A program made the position numbers and the translations under genes. The notes below the pieces were generated by a model that was not told where the DNA came from, made no database searches, and saw only the letters and a program-made list of their open reading frames with translations. From Cereibacter sphaeroides 2.4.1 (GTDB lineage Bacteria > Pseudomonadota > Alphaproteobacteria > Rhodobacterales > Rhodobacteraceae), in the NCBI RefSeq assembly GCF_000012905.2, contig NC_007493.2:630001-662000 (forward strand): 32,000 bases of DNA. The letters run 5' to 3'. Below, one piece after another: positions 14,831 to 21,816 of the stretch. The stretch's first letter is position 1; every line of letters begins with the position of its first letter.

Positions 14831-14845
14831 ATGCAGACTAGGTGT

Positions 14846-15343
14846 TCAGAGTTCGGCGGCTTGGGCCAGCCTGGACCGGACCAGCGCATCTAGCGTGTCC
14901 GTCGGCGGGCCGAGCTCCTTCAGCGCATCCGGCACCGATTTCTGAACATAGCTTGAGACAAACTCGGACGCCGCATCGGGGGCAAGCTTCCGGGCCACCG
15001 CAAGGCGTGCGGCCGTCATGACAGCCGAATGCAAGGCCTCGCGATGGCGAGCTTCGATCTGGATCCCGGTCCAGTGCTGGAACCGAACGGTTGCGAAGCC
15101 GATCAACGCGGTCAGTGCCACGCCCGCGAGATCAAGGAGGCTCGGCGCCAGGGCGGTCAGGAGGTCGCTGCCGGTCGATGCGGCGGCCGGTAGGGCGAGC
15201 ATGGCGACGATGGGGACCGAGATCGCGATGCGCGCCAGAGCGGCCAGCAGCGGCAAGCCTACCAGCTGGATGAAGGCGGACGCACAGAGAGCGAGCATGA
15301 GCACGAGGAGCGCCGGGGGCGCGAGGATGAAGATCGTGGACAT
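14846..15343 (-). CDS. membrane protein at the end of the lysis module (holin/antiholin/spanin-like role possible)
   Basis: ATG 15343 is preceded by AAGGAGAG. The product has 3-4 N-terminal TM helices and a soluble C-terminus. It starts 13 nt downstream of the endolysin gene. Confidence 0.55.
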   Translation of the reverse strand: MSTIFILAPPALLVLMLALCASAFIQLVGLPLLAALARIAISVPIVAMLALPAAASTGSDLLTALAPSLLDLAGVALTALIGFATVRFQHWTGIQIEARHREALHSAVMTAARLAVARKLAPDAASEFVSSYVQKSVPDALKELGPPTDTLDALVRSRLAQAAEL

Positions 15344-15355
15344 GGGGTCTCTCCT

Positions 15356-16165
15356 TCACAGGCGGGCGAACTGGAAGTGCATCCAGTCGCGGTTGCAGGC
15401 GCGGCCGAGGCTCGTGGCGCCGGCGGTTTCGACGATGGTCCAGAAGGGCTCGTAGGCGGGCGCGGCGAAGCTCGCGCGGTCGCGGCCCCAGCGGAGCGGG
15501 TTGCGCTCGGGGTCGAGGTCGACGGCGATGCCCCAAGCGTGCATCGAGAGGGCCGAGCCGCCGCGCATGGGCCGGTGGTTGAAGCAGCCCCCGAAGAAGT
15601 TCAGCCGCAGGCTCTCGAACTGGTCGGCGCCGTAGTGCGCCACCGCCTCGCGGAAGATCCGCGTCATGGGGGCCGCCACCAGCTTGTGGCAGCGGAAGCT
15701 CGTGATGCTCGTGTTGAGATCCCAGGCGAGCCGGAACGGGATCGGCAGCTCGACGATCCCGGCGGTGCAGTCGGGGCCGCCGGCGACGCCATAGAAGGTC
15801 GCGACAGACTCCTGCCGCGGATAGGCGCCCTGGGCATCGGCCACGGCATGGCCCGGCAGCGGCACCCGGTCGACGGCGGCCCGCACCGGCCCGGAGGCCC
15901 ACGCGGTCAGCGCCTCGCGGGTGTTCGGCCCGAGGAGCCCGTCGATCCGGCCCGGCGCATGGCCGAGCCGCGCCAGCACCGCCTGGCCGGCCGCGATCCG
16001 CTGCCGGCGGGAGGGCCAGGTGCGCCAGGGCACCGCCTCTCGCTCCAGCGCGGCCAGCGCGGCCGCCTGGGTCAGCGGCCCCGCATCGCCGTCGATGGCG
16101 CCGCGGTAGAGCCCCGCGGCCGCGAGCAGCCGCTGGATGTCGGATGTCGTCACGTCTTTCTCCAT
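15356..16165 (-). CDS. endolysin: peptidoglycan-binding domain plus M15-type (D-Ala-D-Ala carboxypeptidase-like) peptidase
   Basis: The N-terminal LLAAAGLYRGAIDGDAGPLTQAAL looks like PG_binding_1. The C-terminal SMHAWGIAVDLD...DWMHFQF gives the H..D..H zinc ligands of the M15 family. I prefer ATG 16165 to the track's TTG 16171. Confidence 0.75.
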   Translation of the reverse strand: MEKDVTTSDIQRLLAAAGLYRGAIDGDAGPLTQAAALAALEREAVPWRTWPSRRQRIAAGQAVLARLGHAPGRIDGLLGPNTREALTAWASGPVRAAVDRVPLPGHAVADAQGAYPRQESVATFYGVAGGPDCTAGIVELPIPFRLAWDLNTSITSFRCHKLVAAPMTRIFREAVAHYGADQFESLRLNFFGGCFNHRPMRGGSALSMHAWGIAVDLDPERNPLRWGRDRASFAAPAYEPFWTIVETAGATSLGRACNRDWMHFQFARL

Positions 16166-16168
16166 ATG

Positions 16169-16193
16169 CAAAAGCCCCGCACAAAGGCGGGGC
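16169..16193 (-). terminator. intrinsic terminator downstream of the methyltransferase gene
   Basis: The minus strand reads GCCCCGC-CTTTGT-GCGGGGC-TTTTG, a 7-bp GC stem (16174-16180 / 16187-16193) followed by a T-run. It starts 27 nt after the stop at 16220-16222. Confidence 0.6.
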
Positions 16194-16219
16194 GTGGTGG
16201 GTCGGACTGGTGGGATTTT

Positions 16220-17026
16220 TCAGAGGAGGGTCGCGATCCGCTCGCGGTTCGAGACGAGGAGCTCCTGCGCCTCGGTGCCGCCCGCCGCAGAGACCGAGTA
16301 ATTCAGCCGCACCGGCTCGAGGTGGAACCGGCCGAAGAGCGCCCGGATCTCCGACGTGTCATTGATCGACAGGAGGAAGGCGCCCTTCAGGCTGCCGAGG
16401 ATCTCGGCGATCCGCGCGAACTGCGCCCGGTCGAAGATCCCGCGGCCGTAGTCGTTCTCGCCGCCGAAGTAGGGTGGGTCGAGATAGAACAGCGTCTCGG
16501 CCGTGTCGTAACGCGGGATCAGGTCGGCCCAGTCGAGGCTCTCGAAGACCACGCCGTCGAGCCGCTCGTGGGCGGCATCGAGGACCGGCTCGAGACGCGC
16601 CAACGAGAAGCGGGGCCCGTGCCCGGCCGAGACGCCGAAGACCCCGTCGAGCTTGCCGCCGAAGCTGAGCCGCTGGAGGTAGAGGAACCGCGCGGCGCGC
16701 TCGAGGTCGGTGAGCGTGGCCGGGTCAGTCACGCGCAGCCGGTCGAACTCGCGCCGGCTGCAGATCTGGAAGCGCATGATCTCGAGGAGCTGCGGGTAAT
16801 GCCGCTGCAGGATCCGGAAGAGGTTGATGATCTCGCCGTTGCGGTCGTTCATGACCTCGAGGCGCGGCCGGAAGCGGCGGCGGAGGAAGATCCCGCCCAT
16901 GCCGACGAAGGGCTCGACATAGGCGCGGTGGGGGATGGCCTCGATCCGCTCGAGGATGAGCGGGTGGAGACGTTTCTTGCCGCCGAGCCACGGAGCAACC
17001 GGGGCGGCGGGAGGTACTTGTTTCAT
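16220..17026 (-). CDS. Dam-like N6-adenine DNA methyltransferase (D12 class), orphan
   Basis: 268 aa from ATG 17026. It has EPFVGMGG (FxGxG SAM motif) and DPPY (catalytic motif IV). The rest of ORF 16220..17872 is an antisense artefact over the EamA gene. Confidence 0.85.
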   Translation of the reverse strand: MKQVPPAAPVAPWLGGKKRLHPLILERIEAIPHRAYVEPFVGMGGIFLRRRFRPRLEVMNDRNGEIINLFRILQRHYPQLLEIMRFQICSRREFDRLRVTDPATLTDLERAARFLYLQRLSFGGKLDGVFGVSAGHGPRFSLARLEPVLDAAHERLDGVVFESLDWADLIPRYDTAETLFYLDPPYFGGENDYGRGIFDRAQFARIAEILGSLKGAFLLSINDTSEIRALFGRFHLEPVRLNYSVSAAGGTEAQELLVSNRERIATLL

Positions 17027-17329
17027 AAGGTGATTCGGCCTCACAAGGCGCCTGCCCTCGCGAGGGGTGGCAGGCAGTCTGAAAGGCGACGGACAGGCTG
17101 GCGCGGTCGCTGGTGACACATTGGCCGCGTGGTTCGGGCTGTTTGCGCAGCCCGGCCCCTGCCAGAGGGGCGTTACGGGCGCCCCGAGGAAGGGCGCGCC
17201 GGATCGGATGATCCATGATCGGGAATGGGCATCAGGGCGGCCGAGGTGCGCTCCCGGCGCGAGCTTCAGGGTGAGGTTGTGCCCCGCGTTGTGTTCCCCT
17301 AAAGTTCCCTCTCGTGGCAGGGAGGTTTC

Positions 17330-18235
17330 ATGTCGGCATCTGCAAGAAGCTCCTCCGAGGACCGCATCCCCCTTGCCGTCACGTCGATCATTCTGACGGT
17401 TCTTGCGCTGTCGCTCGGGGATGCGCTGGTCAAGATGACCAGCGGCAGCTTCGTCATCTGGCAGATCTTCGTGGTTCGGTCGCTGATCCTGCTCCCGATC
17501 CTGATGGGTGTGGCCCTGTCGCTCGGCTGCCTGCGCGTGCCGCAGGCAGGGATATGGATCGCGGTGCGGAGCCTCATGCTGATCGCGATGTGGATCTGCT
17601 ACTACTTGGCGCTGCCGAACCTGTCCCTGTCGGCCGCAGCGGCGGCCTACTACACGCTGCCCATCTTCATCACCCTGTTCTCCGCGGTGTTCGTTGGCGA
17701 CAGCATCACGGCGAAGGGCTGGGCCGCCGTTGTGCTGGGGTTCGTCGGCGTCCTGTTCATCCTTCGCCCGAGCGCGGGAGACTTCAATCTCTATGCGCTC
17801 CTGCCGTTGCTGGCGGCGATGCTCTACGCCGGGGCCATGATCTTGACGCGGACGCGTTGCCAGTCCGAGCATCCGGTCATCCTGTCGCTGGCGCTGAACC
17901 TCGGCTTCATCATCGCCGGCGGCATTGCCGCCTGCCTGATCTGGCAGCTGCCGGCAGACATGAGGCAGGGTTTCCTGCTGTCGGAATGGACGGCCATGGG
18001 GTGGAGCGAATGGGTGTCGATGGGGCTTCTGGCGGCCTCCATCCTGATCGGCAGCATCGGGGCGGCCATCGCGTACCAGAATGGCCCGCCAGCCATGATC
18101 GGCGCCTTCGACTTCGCATATGTCGGCTTTGCCGTCCTCTGGGGCATCGTGTTCTTTAACGAAACTCCCGATCTGATCGCGTCCATCGGCATGATCATGA
18201 TCGTGGGTGGCGGGATCCTGTCCCTCCGCCAGTGA
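17330..18235 (+). CDS. DMT-superfamily (EamA-like) transporter
   Basis: ATG 17330 with GGAGG at 17321-17325. The 301-aa product has about 10 TM helices with a duplicated EamA-like pattern. It is on the opposite strand to all surrounding phage genes. Confidence 0.75.
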   Translation: MSASARSSSEDRIPLAVTSIILTVLALSLGDALVKMTSGSFVIWQIFVVRSLILLPILMGVALSLGCLRVPQAGIWIAVRSLMLIAMWICYYLALPNLSLSAAAAAYYTLPIFITLFSAVFVGDSITAKGWAAVVLGFVGVLFILRPSAGDFNLYALLPLLAAMLYAGAMILTRTRCQSEHPVILSLALNLGFIIAGGIAACLIWQLPADMRQGFLLSEWTAMGWSEWVSMGLLAASILIGSIGAAIAYQNGPPAMIGAFDFAYVGFAVLWGIVFFNETPDLIASIGMIMIVGGGILSLRQ

Positions 18236-18305
18236 GCGGCAGCCTCGCTCGCCTCCTCCACTATGCGTGTGGGTGCAGATGGCCGCCGGTGGCGCTGCTC
18301 CCGTT

Positions 18306-18623
18306 CTACCCCGCGCTCCTTCCCCGCCAGAGCCGCTCCAGCATCGCCGTGGTGCCGCGCGGCCCGAGATAGGCCAGCATCGCGACGAGGCCCATCGCCG
18401 CCCGGCCGTCGAGGTCGAGGTACGAGCTCAGGGCCTCGCCGATGAAGGCCATGGCGACGAGGGCGGGGATCTCCCAGAGGAGCTCGCGGCCGAAGAAGGC
18501 GCGGCGGCGGGCGCGCACCTCGCCGGTGTGATACATGAGCCGCCCCATGGCGGCGGCGATCAGCGTGGCGATGGCCCCGCCCCAGAGCGCCGTGATGGTG
18601 TCGATCAGTCCCTTTTCCGGCAT
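18306..18623 (-). CDS. lambda S-like (class I, 3-TMD) holin
   Basis: MPEKGLIDTITALWGGAIATLIAAAMGRL... parallels, from memory, lambda S ([34 protein letters not shown]...). The 105-aa product has 3 hydrophobic segments and a basic C-terminus. AGGAG lies upstream of ATG 18623. Confidence 0.6.
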   Translation of the reverse strand: MPEKGLIDTITALWGGAIATLIAAAMGRLMYHTGEVRARRRAFFGRELLWEIPALVAMAFIGEALSSYLDLDGRAAMGLVAMLAYLGPRGTTAMLERLWRGRSAG

Positions 18624-18759
18624 CGCGCCGCTCCTGTTGTGTGCGCTCCGCGCGTCTGTCGGCCCGGCCGGAGGCGGCCGGGTCTTGTCATGATGATCGG
18701 GAAGGCGGGGGCGCCTCAGTCTGCCGGTGGCTCGGGGAAGCCCGACTGATCGATCAGGC

Positions 18760-19098
18760 TCAGAGCCTCACCTCTGCGGCTTCGACGAACAGCCGATCCG
18801 TCTCCTCCGGCGAGAGGCCGAGGAGGAAGGCCAGCGTGTCCGTCGTCTCCGATCCGCGGACGAGCATCGTCGCGCCGCGCAGCGCGGCCCGCATCGCCCA
18901 GGGGTAGGAGGCGTCCTCCGCGATGGCCATGGCCTCGGCCCACTTCTCCTCGCCGATCACGATCATGGCCTGCAGGACAGAGACCTGGGCCGGCCCCCGC
19001 GCGCGAGCCTCGGCCTGCGCCCTGATGTCCGCGGCCTTCACGAGCCTGCTGTAATCGATGGTCGCGGTCGTCATCATTGCTGCTTTCTTCCTGGTCAT
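18760..19098 (-). CDS. phage hypothetical protein
   Basis: 112-aa ORF with high GC3, packed tightly (3-nt gap) behind the preceding phage gene. I recognise no family. Confidence 0.5.
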   Translation of the reverse strand: MTRKKAAMMTTATIDYSRLVKAADIRAQAEARARGPAQVSVLQAMIVIGEEKWAEAMAIAEDASYPWAMRAALRGATMLVRGSETTDTLAFLLGLSPEETDRLFVEAAEVRL

Positions 19099-19101
19099 GG
19101 A

Positions 19102-19419
19102 TCAGCCTTCCGCGGACGGCGGGAGGTAGGGCGGGATCGGGATATCCTGATCCTCGACCTCGACAGTGCCGGGGTTCGGCAGCGGATTGTCCCCGTAATA
19201 GCCGTGGGGGAAGACCACCTCGAACTCGAGGACACCGTCGATCCGGGTGACGTTGCTCGTGACCCAGGTGTTGTCCATGGCGTCCCAGGGCAGCACGTCG
19301 CCCTCCCCGACGCCGCTGAAGTCGTAGACCATGTCATTGCAGGTCAGGGTGTCCCCCTCGGCCCGGAAGACGGTCAGCTCATACATCCGCCGAAGCGGGA
19401 CCATGCGAATGCGCATCAT
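19102..19419 (-). CDS. phage hypothetical protein (tail-fibre accessory by position)
   Basis: 105-aa ORF. GGAGG lies upstream of ATG 19419, immediately after the tail-fibre stop. Confidence 0.5.
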   Translation of the reverse strand: MMRIRMVPLRRMYELTVFRAEGDTLTCNDMVYDFSGVGEGDVLPWDAMDNTWVTSNVTRIDGVLEFEVVFPHGYYGDNPLPNPGTVEVEDQDIPIPPYLPPSAEG

Positions 19420-19425
19420 GGCGGA

Positions 19426-20910
19426 TTACCTCCAGCGGCCGGTGACGAGAAGATCGACGACCTGCGTGCCTCCGTAGGACGTCGGAGCCAGCAGCATGTA
19501 AGCGGCGACGTTCGAGGCCCCCGGCCGGCAGAGGAGCGAGATCACCGAACCGCCCCGGCAGCCGCCGGTCACGCAATGGCCGTTCAGGGCCGCGCTCACG
19601 AACTCGACCGGAAGCGTCACCGTCTGCCATTCGGTGCGATAGAGCGAGCCCTGCGCGATGGTCGGACCCGGAACCCCGGTCTGGACCAGGCGGCAAAGCT
19701 GTGTCCCATCCGCAAAGCGCACATATTCGGCGCCGGCCGTCTCGCCCTTTTCGATGATGCCGCCGCGGGGGAAGCCGGAGGACCAGCTGACAGCGCCCAC
19801 GATGTTGCGCTGGTCGTAGGTCAGGAACCAGTCGCCCCAGGTCGTATCCTTCTGCCGGCACCAGCGCCCGGTATCGGTGGCCGTCTGCGGATAGGCGATC
19901 TGGATGGCGCGCGCCGCCCCGTGCTGGATGTGCTGCAGGGTGCCGACGCCCATGCCGGCGGGACGGTTCAGCGTGGCGCCCGTGACCTGATAGAAGCCCG
20001 TCGTCCCGATCTGGTCCGCATCGTTGCCCGGGATCGGGCGCGCGGTGCCGCCGAGGCCGTAGTCCCCGACCTTCAGGAGGCGGCCGGGCGTGGTGTCGAG
20101 ATCGCTCTGGGTCACGGCGGTGCCGGAGAGAAGCCCCTGCAGCTCCATGCCGGACGGCGTGAACCGCGCCCGTTCCGTCCCCTGGCAGGTGACGCCGATC
20201 TCGTTCTCGGCCGCGAGGAAGAAGCCGGTGTTCGAGCCCACCTCCCCGTTGAAGGTGAGGCCGGGGAAGGTCGGCGTCCCGTCCGGAACGCTGAAGGGAA
20301 CCAGCGCCGCCGCGCGGCCGGAGCCGACGCGGAACCGTTCCTCTCCCCCGGCCGCGATCCCGAGCAGGTCCGCCGCCGCCCGGAAGATCCCGGTGTCGAG
20401 GTCGCCCGCGAAGGTGAGGCCGGGGGCGGCCGCCGCCCCGACGGGCACCACGGCCGGGAGGGTGGACTGGAAGTGGGTGGTGGAGAAGAAGCCGCGCGTG
20501 GCGCCGCCGGTGACGAAGTGCAGCACGTCCGCCCCGTCGCTGCGGATCCCGGTGTTCGGATCGGCCTCGAACGCGATCCCCGGCGCGGCCGCCGTCCCGA
20601 GCGGCGCCCGGAGCGGCACGGTCGAGGTCAGCGCGAGGGCGGAGACCGTGAGCCGGAGGACGCCGCCGGCCGCGATCCCCAGCGCGTTGCTGCCCGGCCG
20701 GAAGAGCCCGGTGTCGGGATCGCCCTTCCAGACGAGGCCCGGCGCGGCCGCGGTGCCGTCGGAGAAGCCCGCGCCGGTGAGATAGGGCAGCAGCGCGTTC
20801 AGCTCGGCCACGAAGGCCGGGAACCAGCCGAGGAAGGCGTCGGCATCGTCGTTGAAGGTGCCGGGGTTGCCGCTGTTCGGCGGCGTCGGCGGGGGAGAGA
20901 AGAAGTCCAT
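19426..20910 (-). CDS. tail fibre protein with four 53-aa N-terminal repeats and a distinct C-terminal (receptor-binding?) domain
   Basis: 494 aa. It carries a repeated block G(T/A)AAAPG(L/I)xFxxDxxTG(I/L)FR...GGxxR, typical of phage tail-fibre repeats, and sits after the tape measure and distal tail gene. Confidence 0.7.
   Translation of the reverse strand: MDFFSPPPTPPNSGNPGTFNDDADAFLGWFPAFVAELNALLPYLTGAGFSDGTAAAPGLVWKGDPDTGLFRPGSNALGIAAGGVLRLTVSALALTSTVPLRAPLGTAAAPGIAFEADPNTGIRSDGADVLHFVTGGATRGFFSTTHFQSTLPAVVPVGAAAAPGLTFAGDLDTGIFRAAADLLGIAAGGEERFRVGSGRAAALVPFSVPDGTPTFPGLTFNGEVGSNTGFFLAAENEIGVTCQGTERARFTPSGMELQGLLSGTAVTQSDLDTTPGRLLKVGDYGLGGTARPIPGNDADQIGTTGFYQVTGATLNRPAGMGVGTLQHIQHGAARAIQIAYPQTATDTGRWCRQKDTTWGDWFLTYDQRNIVGAVSWSSGFPRGGIIEKGETAGAEYVRFADGTQLCRLVQTGVPGPTIAQGSLYRTEWQTVTLPVEFVSAALNGHCVTGGCRGGSVISLLCRPGASNVAAYMLLAPTSYGGTQVVDLLVTGRWR
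20125..20760 (-). repeat. 4 x 159-nt (53-aa) tandem coding repeats inside the tail-fibre gene
   Basis: Residues 51-103, 104-156, 157-209 and 210-262 begin DGTAAAPGLVW, LGTAAAPGIAF, VGAAAAPGLTF and DGTPTFPGLTF, with identical periodicity. Confidence 0.75.
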
Positions 20911-20925
20911 GGGATGTCCCTTGCG

Positions 20926-21816
20926 TCAGGCGAGGCTCTCGACCTCGGCGCGGCCGTCGCAGATGGCATGGCCGAGGGTCAGGTCGTAATCGCGGAGGAT
21001 GCCGGCGACGGTGGTGCCCCAGAGGTCGACCCCTTCGCCCGCGTAGAAGACGGCGAGCCGGCTCGAGACCCGCTCCATGATCGACTGGACGCGCGCGGCG
21101 CCCTCGAGCGGGACCTGGAAGGCCAGCGAGACGGTGCGGGTGACGGGGCGCGGCACGATATAGAGCCCGCCCCATTCGTCGCGCTGCTTCACGGAATAGT
21201 CGACGAGGCCGAGGCCGGTGCCGGCGACCGTGGTGCCGACCGGCGTGTCGCGGCCCATGACGATCTCGCCCACGCGGGTGACGGCGCCCCCCGTGACCGT
21301 GATGTCGAGCGTGGCGCCTGCCGGCAGCGGCGCGGCCACGATCACGTTCGGGGTGAAGGCGAACTCGGTGAAGACATATTCCCAGAAGGTGCCCACCGGG
21401 TCGCGCGCCACGAGACCCTCCGTCCGGTCGTGGATCGTCACGCCTGCGGGCGTGGTGACCTTCACCCGGACGGAGGCCGCATCGAGGTTGAAGAAGGCGA
21501 TGCGGTTCAGCGTGCGCGGCAGCCGGATGGAATAGGCGATGGTGGGGCCGCCGACCGTCTGGCCGCCGATCCGCTCGTCGAAGGCGCGCCAGCGGTTGGT
21601 GGCCCCGATCCGGAGCCACCAGCTGCCGAGCGTATCGCCCGCCGGATCGTGGCCCGTGTTGCCGTCGGCCACGCTCTCCCAGACGCCGTGATGGGCCACG
21701 ACGCGGGCGCCGCGGGCGTAGGTCACGCCCGGGCCCCAGGCAGGATGGTCGTCCTCGGGGATGTTGCTCGCGAGGAGCGCCGCCGGCGTGACCGGCGTCG
21801 GCAGGATGATCCGCAT
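20926..21816 (-). CDS. distal tail / baseplate protein with a CBM5/12-like N-terminal motif
   Basis: Its ATG overlaps the tape-measure stop (ATGA). The N-terminus PAWGPGVTYARGARVVAHHGVWESVADGNTGHDPAGD..WW fits the W..G..Y..G..V...G..Y......N.G..P carbohydrate-binding-like pattern common in tail proteins. Confidence 0.55.
   Translation of the reverse strand: MRIILPTPVTPAALLASNIPEDDHPAWGPGVTYARGARVVAHHGVWESVADGNTGHDPAGDTLGSWWLRIGATNRWRAFDERIGGQTVGGPTIAYSIRLPRTLNRIAFFNLDAASVRVKVTTPAGVTIHDRTEGLVARDPVGTFWEYVFTEFAFTPNVIVAAPLPAGATLDITVTGGAVTRVGEIVMGRDTPVGTTVAGTGLGLVDYSVKQRDEWGGLYIVPRPVTRTVSLAFQVPLEGAARVQSIMERVSSRLAVFYAGEGVDLWGTTVAGILRDYDLTLGHAICDGRAEVESLA

Larger units (their letters stand above)
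6585..14845. other. compositionally foreign accessory (defence) block between the IS debris and the prophage lysis end
   Basis: Hand-counted GC drops from above 65% to about 40-55% here. The block holds the NTPase cassette and the CBASS operon, separated by GC-rich spacers that carry a shared repeat core. Confidence 0.6.

Noticed and set aside
17027-17872. N-terminal 282-aa extension of the methyltransferase ORF (track ORF 16220..17872).
   Set aside because: The extension is low-complexity (R/Q/D/E/H-rich) and antisense to the EamA gene. The recognisable Dam-like protein starts at MKQVPPAAPVAPWLGGKKRL (ATG 17026).
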